In this document: positions 9,277 to 19,390 of the stretch, piece by piece
Layout: each line of letters begins with the position of its first letter
Numbering within the stretch: the first letter of the stretch is position 1
Assembly (NCBI GenBank): GCA_009859145.1
Contig: VRVR01000016.1
Span: 214,855 to 278,854 of the forward strand
Source: Andalucia godoyi And28
Lineage: Eukaryota; Protista; Jakobida
Length of the DNA: 64,000 bases
Direction of reading: 5' to 3'
The notes under the pieces: model-generated
Databases searched by the model: none
What the model was told of the DNA's origin: nothing
Seen by the model: the letters and a program-made list of their open reading frames with translations, nothing else
Position numbers and translations under genes: made by a program

Positions 9277-11685
9277 ATGAGTTTTCAAAGCTCGTCCTGT
9301 ATATCCAAGAAGCCTCCGTCTGCCAATTCTGGCTTGTATGGAGCCGCACCAAGCGCGTCTGCAAGCCGGGCGTACAGTAGTGGTAGTAGCAGGAGTAGTA
9401 CCTACTTGCAACGATCTTCTGGACTGTCGTACAACAGCGCGACGCTTCACAAACCGACTCTACCGCAACAGCAGCAGTCGTTTTCTTCCAGCTCGGCAAT
9501 GGGGAATATAAGGTCGTCGCTTGCGGCGTCGAGATTGGCAAGTCCTTCTCCGACGGTTTCCAGAAGTTCCCCGTATACACTAGCTTCGAAGCCAGGGCTT
9601 TCTGAGCCTTTGGTGCCAGGCAAACCTAGGTCAAATTCCACGTTCACAGGGATCTCTGCGAGTAGTGGTAACAGTAGCAGTAGTAATGTCGGAGGTGCGG
9701 GTGGGTCGGATCAGGCAGTGACGACGTTTTCCACTTCGAGAAATGCAGTTGCGTCGCCTGTTGGTCCAAGAACAACAAGATCCAGCACGCACCCATCGAA
9801 TCCGCTTACTTCAACGTTTGGGGCGATGATGAGGAGATCGTCGTCAGAAGTGTCGAATCCTGCAACTGCGACTGCTGCTTCCGTGTCCTCTCCGAATCCA
9901 AGGACATCGACCGCTGCGTTGGACCAAATGGTGGAAAAGCTTGAATTGCAGAGACGTGCGATTGCAGAGCAAACGAGAATGATCCAGAACACGAACTGGG
10001 GCTCTGCGTCAAGCCCGCTTTCCTTGAATTCCACCAGTATTCTCCATAACAGTAGCCACAACAGCAGCAACATTAACATTAACAACAACGATGATGATGG
10101 ATTTTCTGCCGGGATCTCTGGGGCTGTACGGCTGCAGAACGGTTCGGCAACCTCAGATTTGCTTGCACCTGGTCTGAATCAGAAAGGTTTGATTCCATCT
10201 CCGGGGGCCGCACATTTCCATCAACCCGTAATTATGAATCCGAGCCATTCTTCTGGAAGAATGTCCATGCATTTTGGACCTGCTCTCCCATCCTCCCCAA
10301 GTCCATTTTCCTTGACTCCTGCGACAACCGGCCCGGGCAACAATAGCAATGGCAATGGTAATAACAATCATATGAACCACGGTCATTCACCAAGTCTGCA
10401 CACCGCAAATAGCGGACTGCAAAATCCGCGGACTGCATCGCCCCAATTGACGGGTAGCCCGCCTATGGACCATCTCGGCAGACTGTCTCCATTGCAGCAA
10501 TACAACGGTCGATTGTCGCCTATCTCTCCGTCCTTCCACAATTCCAATTCGCCACCATCTTCTTCCTCTCCATCCTCAGTCCATTCGACGTCACCCGTTG
10601 CAGCATCTGGCACTGGAGACGGAATTAGTCCGAGGAAGCCAACGTCTGTTGCACTTGCTGGGTTCCGCAATTTGGGCAACACTTGCTTTATGAATTCGGC
10701 ACTGCAGTGTCTGGTGAGTACGTCGTCGTTTACAAAGTATTTTCTCGCGCGCGAGTATCGTCACGATCTCAACAATACTCGGGGAATGAAGGGTTCGCTT
10801 GCTGTAGAATATGGCGAACTGATTGCAGAAATGGGGCGAGTTCAGAATCGTGGGTGCGTTTCACCTTCTGCGTTTCGATCTTTGTTTGTTCGGTGGGCAC
10901 CGCGGTTTCAAGGCTACGCGCAGCAGGACGCACAAGAATTTCTGAGGGCTGCTCTGGATGGGCTGCATGAAGATCTGAATCGAACGCGAGTACAGCCTGC
11001 GTATGAGGAACTGAAGGACATGGATGGAGAGTCTGCTTTTGACCAGTCTGAGCGTTGGTGGAATCATTTTCGAGCTCGAAATAATTCGGTCGTCCTCGAT
11101 ACGTTTGGCGGGCAGCTCAAAAGCACAGTGAAATGCACAAAGTGCAAAACAAAATCGGTTGCATTTGATCCGTTCTTGGATTTTTCTGTTCCGATTCCGA
11201 AAAAGTACACGACGAAGAACTCCTGCAGCATCGATGATTGTTTAAAGGAATTTTTCGGGGTAGAAGATCTCGGTGGCAACGACAAGGTGTTCTGCAAGAA
11301 ATGCCAGAAACCTCGCGAAATGGAAAAGCAACTGGCGCTCTTTCGTCATCCAAAGATCTTGGTGTTGCACATCAAGCGTTTCTCACAGTCTGGGTTCACG
11401 TACTCGAAGATTAACACAGATGTTTCATTTCCGATGTCGGAGTTTGACTTGTCGCGGCACCTGGACCCAGATGCGAAGAAACTCTGTCAAGAACTCGGAA
11501 AGCCGGTCTACCGATTGTTCGCAGTTGTCAATCATTTTGGCACGGCATCTGGCGGTCATTACACCGCGTACGGCTTGCGGAACAATCAGTGGAATCTGTT
11601 CGACGACAGCTCTGTTTCGGATGCATCTCCACAGCAAGTGAAGGGCCCGGCAGCCTACATTCTGTTCTATGAGCAGACGCCCTAA
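9277..11685 (+). CDS. Ubiquitin C-terminal hydrolase, USP2/USP21-like, with a long S/P/N-rich disordered N-terminus
   Basis: GFRNLGNTCFMNSALQCL, QQDAQEFL, zinc CxxC pairs (CTKC, CKKC), LHIKRF, VNHFGTASGGHYTAY, AYILFY. ATG at 9277 follows a pyrimidine-rich leader. Confidence 0.9.
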   Translation: MSFQSSSCISKKPPSANSGLYGAAPSASASRAYSSGSSRSSTYLQRSSGLSYNSATLHKPTLPQQQQSFSSSSAMGNIRSSLAASRLASPSPTVSRSSPYTLASKPGLSEPLVPGKPRSNSTFTGISASSGNSSSSNVGGAGGSDQAVTTFSTSRNAVASPVGPRTTRSSTHPSNPLTSTFGAMMRRSSSEVSNPATATAASVSSPNPRTSTAALDQMVEKLELQRRAIAEQTRMIQNTNWGSASSPLSLNSTSILHNSSHNSSNININNNDDDGFSAGISGAVRLQNGSATSDLLAPGLNQKGLIPSPGAAHFHQPVIMNPSHSSGRMSMHFGPALPSSPSPFSLTPATTGPGNNSNGNGNNNHMNHGHSPSLHTANSGLQNPRTASPQLTGSPPMDHLGRLSPLQQYNGRLSPISPSFHNSNSPPSSSSPSSVHSTSPVAASGTGDGISPRKPTSVALAGFRNLGNTCFMNSALQCLVSTSSFTKYFLAREYRHDLNNTRGMKGSLAVEYGELIAEMGRVQNRGCVSPSAFRSLFVRWAPRFQGYAQQDAQEFLRAALDGLHEDLNRTRVQPAYEELKDMDGESAFDQSERWWNHFRARNNSVVLDTFGGQLKSTVKCTKCKTKSVAFDPFLDFSVPIPKKYTTKNSCSIDDCLKEFFGVEDLGGNDKVFCKKCQKPREMEKQLALFRHPKILVLHIKRFSQSGFTYSKINTDVSFPMSEFDLSRHLDPDAKKLCQELGKPVYRLFAVVNHFGTASGGHYTAYGLRNNQWNLFDDSSVSDASPQQVKGPAAYILFYEQTP

Positions 11686-11966
11686 ATTATATATAGTATA
11701 CATTAATAAAAGAAGAGCGTTTTTGTTTCTTCGTTCACGACGCCTTCTGCTTAGAGAGCCGATGCTCTTTTTCGAATATTTTTCCCCCCACCGTTGGGTT
11801 CATTCATTCATTCTTGTTTAAAGTACATCTCAAACAGGGCTTTACTTCATCTATAAACTTTTGGTCTCAACCTGAAGCGGGAGTAACCATTTTGCAACAA
11901 CTAGATCAAGTTTCTTGACCACAACTCTCGAGGTACTTTTTGTAAGCGAAAAGTGAAGGGGAGGCT

Positions 11967-12746
11967 TTAGTGGTGCAAGAGGACGTTTCGGTCCAAGCTG
12001 AGAAGATACGTTCCCTTGTTGATCATACGAGATGCAGCCACGACCATCGAGAGCCAGATGACGGAGGAGAATGCCGTGAGTGCAATCCAGGCTGCAAGGC
12101 CGTTGTAGTCCCAGTCCCCGTTGCCAAGCTCGACCAAGTGATTCCACATGAACAATATCATCGAGGCGAACATGCATGTGATTCCGAGGAACCAGGAGAA
12201 CTTGAGCATTCGGAGCGCACCACGGTTCTCGATGAGCACCGTCAGAAGAGCGCGGCGGAGAGAGTCTGCGCCGTCCATAAATTCGACCGAGCGGAACCGC
12301 AGCAAACCGTCAAACTGCGCCTTGACATACAGTGAGAGCACGGTGGCCAATGCGAACAGCGAGAACGCTGCAGTTTGAAGAGTCTGTTCGGAAATATTGA
12401 CTTTGCTGTCCGCGCGGTCCTGGAATCGCATCGTCAGGAACATGAATCCAGTCCATAAGGCACTGATGAGGGGGAGCTGCTTGAGGAAAGTGGGCATCAT
12501 CATCAGCCACACCGGCAGAATATGGTAGGACAACATGCCATTGGGAAGCTCGCTACGGATCAACAATGAACGAGGATAGGACAAACTCTCGGGCTTCGGC
12601 GGACGAGTCGACACCGAGTCCGTGCGGGCCCAGTCTTTGCGGACGCGACCCAACAGGACAGAGTCGTCGGCGTACGGGAAACGCTTCTTGTTCAGTCCCT
12701 CGTAGACATGAACATAATCGGGACGTGCAGCGCGGCCTTGCTCCAT
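11967..12746 (-). CDS. Uncharacterised multi-pass membrane protein (about 4 TM)
   Basis: 259-aa ATG ORF with four hydrophobic segments; family not recognised. Confidence 0.6.
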   Translation of the reverse strand: MEQGRAARPDYVHVYEGLNKKRFPYADDSVLLGRVRKDWARTDSVSTRPPKPESLSYPRSLLIRSELPNGMLSYHILPVWLMMMPTFLKQLPLISALWTGFMFLTMRFQDRADSKVNISEQTLQTAAFSLFALATVLSLYVKAQFDGLLRFRSVEFMDGADSLRRALLTVLIENRGALRMLKFSWFLGITCMFASMILFMWNHLVELGNGDWDYNGLAAWIALTAFSSVIWLSMVVAASRMINKGTYLLSLDRNVLLHH

Positions 12747-13416
12747 TTGGTATATCTCTTCTTTTCCTTTCCTGGATCACTTACTTTCGGTGTCTTGAGT
12801 GAAGTTTGCTGTGGAAGATGGAGGGAAAAAAGGATGGAAGAAGAAACGGTTGTGGGCATAACGCCTCTTCACGGCATATTTATACTTGTTGTTGTCAAGT
12901 GTGAGGCGATCGCACGGAAAGTGAAACGGCAAGGGACGCCCACCTTCCCATCACTCTGTACATGCTTCTTGCAGCTCAGTCGATGCACTAGAACCTTCGA
13001 GAAGCCAGTAGTGACGAGAATCACTGCTTCAACTTGACCAAAGTGAGCATAGTTCCCTAATGCGTAAGAAATGCAAAGTGCATTTTTCCGTCCCGTATTC
13101 ATGCGTGCACAAGCCATGCCAACGGCACAACGACACGCCCTTTCCCCTCCCGTGTTTCCAAGCTTCTCCCTGAGCCGCCGCGAATGCGTCGAATGTGCGT
13201 TCTCTGAATATGCTTCGACTGAGAATCCTGCCTACCGTACACTGAATATTCCCCGACACTGAACAATGAAATCCTTTCTCTCTCGCAAACTGAAAGGAGC
13301 GGCATCATTCGCGTCAACGCCATCAGAAACCTCCGCCACCAACGGGAATAGATTGCATCCAAGACACTCTGGCCAATTGACACTCTGACAAACAGAGCCA
13401 CGTGGACACTGACGGG

Positions 13417-15279
13417 ATGAAGGGCGTGTGGATCGTGATTGTGTTGTTGGCGCTTGGGGTGCATTCGCGTGCTGTGGACGGCGGGCGGCCAGCGTCGAGC
13501 GGCCCAACGGTGGAGGTGAATGCAACGGTGCTCGCGCGGTCTGGAAGTCCTCTGTTGGTTTCGTGGACCATGATTCCCAATCCAGATGTGAACGACATGC
13601 TTGTGCTCTTCAGCCCTCCCGAATCCACTTCTCCAGTCTTTGCATACCGCGCCTCCGAGTCGCCCGAGTGGTCCGCGGGGAATGGATCGGTCGTTCTGCG
13701 CATGACCAACTTGCATGCTCCTTTTCTCTTTCAATACATCCGCTCCTCCTCCTCTGCTTCCTCTGCTTCCTCTGCTTCCTCTGCTTCCTATTCGATTGAT
13801 GATGAAGATGGCCAAGATGAATTTTTGAAAAGGATGGCGACGATGGCGACGGTGAAGGTTGTGGCTGAGTCTCCCGTTGTGTCGTGGGCATGTCCAAACG
13901 AGCCGCTTGGAATCCACTTGCAACTCGCATCGTCCTTTGGGCCTGCGACGAGTGGCAACGAGGAGAAAGGGGGTGAGGTGTCTGGAATGGTGGTGCAGTG
14001 GACGACTCTGGATGAGGGCGTCAAGTGCAAGGTGCGCTACGGGTTCGCTCCGGGATCATATGCATTCCAGCAACTGCCGTTCAGCGCCGTCACGTTCGAC
14101 CGCAGTGCTATGGCCGGTCCTCCCGCGACGACTGCCGACGGATGGCGGCCTCCAGGTGTTTTCTACTCGGCTCTCCTCTCCTCCGGCATCCCTCCCTCCA
14201 CCACAGTCTACTATCAAATCCAGTGCACGTCCACGTCCACCGCTTCTGATGACTCTTCTGCTACTCATCATGTTGGGCTGAATGGGGAAGACCAAGAGGA
14301 GTGCATGTCGAGTTTGGAGCAGCGATTCAAGAGCGCACCAGCACAGAATGATCCGAATGCCAGTGTCCGCATTGGATTCTACGGCGATCTTGGTGTCCAC
14401 GGTGGATTTCCACATTCTTACCCTGAGGCTCGCACTACCGCCTACTGGGCCACTCGCGACGTCAACTCTGAAGATGGATGGGGAACAGACCTGCAGCTGC
14501 ACATTGGCGACATTTCGTACGCACGCGGCTATGCATACATATGGCGGCTGTTCATGGATGCTATGGCTCCTGTAGCAGCACGCGTACCCTACATGACAAG
14601 CGCTGGAAACCACGAGATACTGTATCCAGGCCACAACTGGATCCCCGACCCGTTCTTCAACACGTCGTACAACGACGATTCGGGCGGCGAGGTTGGGGTT
14701 GCATACGCTGCACACTTCGGCTTTTCTCCTTTTTCCAGTCGGCAATTCTGGTACTCGTTTGAGTATGGTCCCGTGCACATCACGGTCGCATCCGCGGAAC
14801 ACGACTTTCTTCCCGGTTCGCCCCAACACGACTTCCTCACTGCAGATCTCCTGACGCAGATCGACCGTCGTCGCACACCATGGGTTTTCTTCGCGATCCA
14901 CAGACCGCTCTACACAGCCGCCCTGGTTCCCTCCGAGTACGCGCTCATGGACCATCTGCGGTCGTCGCTCGAGCCGCTTCTCATCGACGCCCACGTGGAC
15001 CTTGTTCTCTCGGGACACGTCCACGCCTATGAAGCATCATGCCCGCTCGTCCAGGGGACGTGCAATGAAAGCGGACCGGTGTACGTGGTCGCCGGTGCGG
15101 CTGGGGAGAACTTTCAGGTCCCATGGCGGTGGGACGACATGCCCGAGTGGTCGCGCATCCGATCGTACGATTTTGGCCGCGCTCACATCACTGTGCACAA
15201 TGCATCTGCGCTCCAGTTCCAGTTCCTGCTGAATTCGGACAATTCTGTCCTCGACGAATTCTGGATCTTCCATTCCTAA
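13417..15279 (+). CDS. Secreted purple acid phosphatase (metallophosphoesterase with N-terminal FN3-like domain)
   Basis: Metal-ligand motifs GDLG, GDISY, GNHE, VLSGHVHAYE; signal peptide MKGVWIVIVLLALGVHS. Confidence 0.9.
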   Translation: MKGVWIVIVLLALGVHSRAVDGGRPASSGPTVEVNATVLARSGSPLLVSWTMIPNPDVNDMLVLFSPPESTSPVFAYRASESPEWSAGNGSVVLRMTNLHAPFLFQYIRSSSSASSASSASSASYSIDDEDGQDEFLKRMATMATVKVVAESPVVSWACPNEPLGIHLQLASSFGPATSGNEEKGGEVSGMVVQWTTLDEGVKCKVRYGFAPGSYAFQQLPFSAVTFDRSAMAGPPATTADGWRPPGVFYSALLSSGIPPSTTVYYQIQCTSTSTASDDSSATHHVGLNGEDQEECMSSLEQRFKSAPAQNDPNASVRIGFYGDLGVHGGFPHSYPEARTTAYWATRDVNSEDGWGTDLQLHIGDISYARGYAYIWRLFMDAMAPVAARVPYMTSAGNHEILYPGHNWIPDPFFNTSYNDDSGGEVGVAYAAHFGFSPFSSRQFWYSFEYGPVHITVASAEHDFLPGSPQHDFLTADLLTQIDRRRTPWVFFAIHRPLYTAALVPSEYALMDHLRSSLEPLLIDAHVDLVLSGHVHAYEASCPLVQGTCNESGPVYVVAGAAGENFQVPWRWDDMPEWSRIRSYDFGRAHITVHNASALQFQFLLNSDNSVLDEFWIFHS

Positions 15280-15610
15280 ACCTCTCCAAACATTTGGCTC
15301 ACATGTGCTGCGCCGCAGACACTTTTTTTTTGGCATAAAGTGACTTTTACAATCCGCATCAGCGCCCATCATCGGTTATAGGAATGCGGCTCTCAATATT
15401 CGACAGCGTCTCATTGGGCCTCGACCTGCACACCTTCAGCCATACTATCCGATGATATATCACAGCCGCCCAACCAGACGTTTTTGGGGTTGGAGGGTTA
15501 TACTTACATACTGCCGCATGTAGTTGGTTATTGTTCAATTCTTGGACATTTACTCCCGCCGATAAAAAAAACTACTACAACCACTGCTACAACTACTACT
15601 GCTATCACTA

Positions 15611-16792
15611 CTACTGGAGGGTGGCGTACTGGCCGACGCGGAGGAGACGATTGACGAACGGGATGAGTTCGCGATAGACAAACATTCCAAAGAGGAAGAC
15701 TGCGAAGCCAGCAAGTTGGAGCCAGGAAAAGACGGTCCATTTCTCACCATACTCCGGGGCCCCTGAATAGAAGATGATGATCGAGACGACCCAAACGAGA
15801 ATGACACGGGTGGCATCGATGAGGCAGCGGTAGAGCGCATTGAGGTATTCGGTGATGAGGAGAGCGAATCCGTTGAGGCCCGAGATGAGGAGTGGGTAGA
15901 TGATCATGTTGAGGACAAGAAGCGGCGCTGAGTTTCCAAGCATGACAAGCGTGTCCTCTGTATTCTCTGCTTTCCCACCAACGTCTTCTCCTGGGATATT
16001 CTGCAAGATCGGAAGAACAAGGAAAGACATGAGCACCGTTCCGTAAAGCCCTTCCCAGCCTACAATCGCGAGTGGATCCACATTGTTCCGCTCAATGAGC
16101 CGCTCTTGGATTGAAAATTGCAGGCCATTGCACGCTTGGCCGCAAATGACTAGCAAAAATCCTATCAGCAACATCTTTGTATCGCCGCTCGACCCCCCAG
16201 ATGCAAGTACTGCAGAGACTCCCACCATGGCAAGCCCGAGAAACACAATAGCGATTCCTGCCTTTTTCGCTCGCGATACCCGCTGGCCGAGCACAAAATA
16301 GTTGAAAATCGCGGTAAACAGGATCACCGACCCGCGCAGAATCTGGTACACCGAAGCCGGAATAAACAGCAGTCCAATCGACGCAAGTGTCGTTCCCGCC
16401 AGATCGCACGTCGCTGTCCCCATCAGGACAAAAAGATGCCAGGTCGGAGGACTCGGCTTCTTCACAGGCGACGCGTGCTCCCATGTGTCCGAGAGCAACT
16501 TTCCCTTTTCAGATTGCTGCTGTCCGTGAGATGCAGTCGCAGGGTGTCGTCGCATGTAGTACAGCTTGCCCAAGAACAGCGGGAGAACCAGCAGCTCGCC
16601 CAAAAACATCTCAAGCGTCCCGAACCACGGCTTCGCAAACGCGTGTTCGTCGTCATGCAGTCCTCGAGCCTCCATGAGAAACGTAATCTTTCGCAGAATC
16701 GTCGCCGCCGTCCCGCTCATCAACATACCTATAATCAGAAACGCGCCATACCCCCAGGACTTTTTCGCCACCAACTCTGGATTCACCGTCAT
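15611..16792 (-). CDS. SLC35F6-like nucleotide-sugar/EamA-type transporter
   Basis: About 10 TM segments; FAKPWFGTLEMFLGE, CDLAGTTL, SVYQILRGSVILFT, VGWEG, IDATRVILVW. Confidence 0.85.
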   Translation of the reverse strand: MTVNPELVAKKSWGYGAFLIIGMLMSGTAATILRKITFLMEARGLHDDEHAFAKPWFGTLEMFLGELLVLPLFLGKLYYMRRHPATASHGQQQSEKGKLLSDTWEHASPVKKPSPPTWHLFVLMGTATCDLAGTTLASIGLLFIPASVYQILRGSVILFTAIFNYFVLGQRVSRAKKAGIAIVFLGLAMVGVSAVLASGGSSGDTKMLLIGFLLVICGQACNGLQFSIQERLIERNNVDPLAIVGWEGLYGTVLMSFLVLPILQNIPGEDVGGKAENTEDTLVMLGNSAPLLVLNMIIYPLLISGLNGFALLITEYLNALYRCLIDATRVILVWVVSIIIFYSGAPEYGEKWTVFSWLQLAGFAVFLFGMFVYRELIPFVNRLLRVGQYATLQ

Positions 16793-16867
16793 TTTTGTTT
16801 CCTCGCTGTTTTGTTTCACCCCCGCTAGAAGTACGCGCCGAGAGATTATAGAAGAAGAAGATGATGG

Positions 16868-16868
<1 letters not shown>

Positions 16869-16928
<60 letters not shown>
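16869..16928. repeat. (GAT)20 microsatellite
   Basis: Direct reading; lies in the divergent intergenic region. Confidence 0.95.
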
Positions 16929-16931
<3 letters not shown>

Positions 16932-17433
16932 GAGAAGGGGAAAAAAGGATCAAAGAACGTAAGAATTTAGTACTGTCAGTCAGTGCGGAATTCGCGGGGA
17001 GGATTGGAATTTTGGAGTTTGGACAGCTTGCAAAAGGTAAAGGACTAATGAGGAAATCGGGGGCGTTGGGAAAAGAGGATTTGTACCTTTCACGAACCAG
17101 CATCAACTCACTCGCACAAAAAAGGTCACAAAACTTGGGGATCGCGCATTTTTTTAATCTTTTTTGCTACTGTGTTGTTACAGCAGCTGTTTTGGCGGGA
17201 AGGAGAAAGACGAAACATCACTGGTGTTCGCTGGGGGAGATGGAGACACGAACCTTGGCACTGTTTTATGAAGCACTCCGTTGTTTTGCGCCAGATCAAC
17301 CCTACTTTTCTTCTTTTTCTTCAATGTCCCACTATCGCTGTTCCTCGTTTTCTTGTTTTTCAGTGTTCCTCTTTCTTCTTTCACTTCATTTTGCATAGAT
17401 TCCATTCTCTACAAGACATACGAAAAACAATAT

Positions 17434-18480
17434 ATGAGTGCACAAGCATCACGAAACGGGCCAGCATCATCACAGATTGCGGCTGAAGAGCCTATGAACG
17501 AATCTGCAGCGCAGTCGTTTGAGTCCGTAGACCGACTGCAAGAACATGGCATCAACGCCGCGGATCTTAAGCGGCTGAAGGAGTGCGGGATTTTGACCGT
17601 GGCACGAGTTCTGATGACGACACGCAAGGACCTTCTGAACATCAAGGGCATGTCCGATGCAAAGCTCGACAAGCTTCTTGATGCTGCTGCCAAACTTTCT
17701 GGACCGCAGTTTGTGAGTGGTGTTGTGGCTCTGGAGAAGCGCAAGGAAGTCCTCAAGGTCACGACGGGCAGCAAAGCGCTTGATGATCTAATCGGCGGCG
17801 GCGTGGAGACCATGGCCATCACGGAAGTGTTTGGTGAGTTCAGGACAGGAAAGTCGCAGTTATCGCACACTCTCTGCGTGACTTGCCAGATGGACCCGTC
17901 GGACGGCGGCGGAGGAGGAAAGGCGATCTACTGCGACACAGAGGGCTGCTTCCGGCCCGAAAAAATCCGTGACATTGCCGAGCGGTTTGGACTTGATCCA
18001 GATGCCGCACTCGAGAATGTGCTGGTAAGCCGCATGTACACGCACGAACAGCAGATGGCGGCAATCCCCTTCATTGCGGCCCGCATGGCGGAAGACACCT
18101 ACCGCCTTCTAGTCATTGACAGCATCATGGCGCCGTTTCGAACCGACTTTTCCGGCAGAGGAGAGCTTGCAGACCGCCAGCAGAAACTCTCAAAATATCT
18201 CTCCCACCTCATCAAGATTGCAGAGGAGTTCAATGTCGCGGTATTCATCACGAACCAGGTGATTTCGGACCCAGGTGGAGGAGCCGGAGCAATGTTTGTC
18301 CAAGACCCAAAGAAACCTGCAGGCGGGCATGTCCTTGCGCATGCCAGCACTTGGCGACTCTATCTTCGCAAGGGGCGCGGTGAGCAGCGCATTGCAAAAA
18401 TCTACGACTCCCCAAGTATGCCGGAAGCAGAATGCATCTACCAGCTCTCCGGAGGCGGAATCATGGATGCGAAGGACTAA
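17434..18480 (+). CDS. DMC1: Meiotic recombinase Dmc1
   Basis: Walker [15 protein letters not shown]; [24 protein letters not shown]; [10 protein letters not shown]; [16 protein letters not shown]. These residues favour DMC1 over RAD51. Intronless, 348 aa. Confidence 0.9.
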   Translation: MSAQASRNGPASSQIAAEEPMNESAAQSFESVDRLQEHGINAADLKRLKECGILTVARVLMTTRKDLLNIKGMSDAKLDKLLDAAAKLSGPQFVSGVVALEKRKEVLKVTTGSKALDDLIGGGVETMAITEVFGEFRTGKSQLSHTLCVTCQMDPSDGGGGGKAIYCDTEGCFRPEKIRDIAERFGLDPDAALENVLVSRMYTHEQQMAAIPFIAARMAEDTYRLLVIDSIMAPFRTDFSGRGELADRQQKLSKYLSHLIKIAEEFNVAVFITNQVISDPGGGAGAMFVQDPKKPAGGHVLAHASTWRLYLRKGRGEQRIAKIYDSPSMPEAECIYQLSGGGIMDAKD

Positions 18481-18513
18481 GCAGAAAAAATTACCCCGCA
18501 TCCAACTTGGATG

Positions 18514-18685
18514 CCTGCATTGCTCACTGAGGATGCAAGACCATCACTAGTCATGCGTAATCAGTGTTGCAACCCGGGCCATGTCGCCATGGACGGGAAG
18601 GGGGGGGGGGGGGTAGGCCCCCACAAGCCTTGCTGGCGTTCTTAAGATAAATGCTCCGTGCTCCGTTTCCAATCTCGATCAATCG
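18514..18685 (-). ncRNA. Putative omegaRNA scaffold of copy 1
   Basis: Minus strand: GCC-A-GCAA-GGC, GGGGG-CCTA-CCCCC, CCCG-T-CCATG-GCGA-CATGG-CC-CGGG, TTGCAA, CACTGA...TCAGTG, ATGCAGG. The 5' limit is a guess. Confidence 0.62.
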
Positions 18686-19100
18686 GTGAGCCACTTTCTC
18701 AGCGTGACGCGTTGTTCCTGAGAAGGGTGCATTTTGATTCTGACGGCCCTAGCAGCAGGCGCTTTCGTGTCCTCAGTTGCAGCGATTGATGCACCTGGAG
18801 ACACGAGAGGAAGAGGCGATAGGCGTAGTGACACGTGGTCTCTTAGTAGGTCTGCGGGACCTAGGAGGCCCTGCATCGAGCGGCGTAGGCGTAGGCGAAT
18901 GCGTCATCCCAGCGCACTCACGCCCATATTTGAATAAAAGAGTGAAACCAAAAAAAGTGAAACCAACGAATGATAGAATAGATGGCTATGGATGCTGCGC
19001 TAAAGAGTGTCGAAAATGCAGAGCCTGTGTCGCAGGCTGAATTCTGGCCGAGCGTGCGTAAGCACGAATTCCAGTGAAGCAAACGTGCTAGTGTCGGCAA
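18514..19100 (-). mobile_element. Non-autonomous Fanzor2/IS607-TnpB derivative, copy 1 (66-bp left-end deletion, divergent 3' RNA end)
   Basis: Near-identical to 54684-55322 and 63474-64000 over its 5' part. Contains HTH motif RAVRIKMHPSQEQRVTLRKW and frameshifted IDRDWNGARSIYLKN. Left junction CCG|TTG; right end ATGCAGG. Confidence 0.82.
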
Positions 19101-19390
19101 CGGTGCAGAGATCCGGCAGTCGGCTTCCAAAATAAAGATTAACGGATTATTGTTCTATCATATTATTATTTTTTGTTCGACTCTGTTTCTTCAGTGTAAA
19201 AAAGAAAGCACAAGCAAGGAAAACGGAATAAGAAAGCAAGGAGGAAAAAAAAGGGAAAGGAAGAGAGAAAAGAAACCATATATCCGCATTCTACTACTGG
19301 TACGAACTCCTCTCATTAACGCCAGCGAACCCATATTCACGGCCAATTTTTTAACAGAGACTGTTCGAAGCAATAACGAGGTCTACGGGA

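Noticed and set aside
13099-15024. Long antisense ORFs (274 aa, 322 aa) and many similar shadow ORFs across the window
   Set aside because: They overlap well-supported genes on the opposite strand and lack recognisable motifs.
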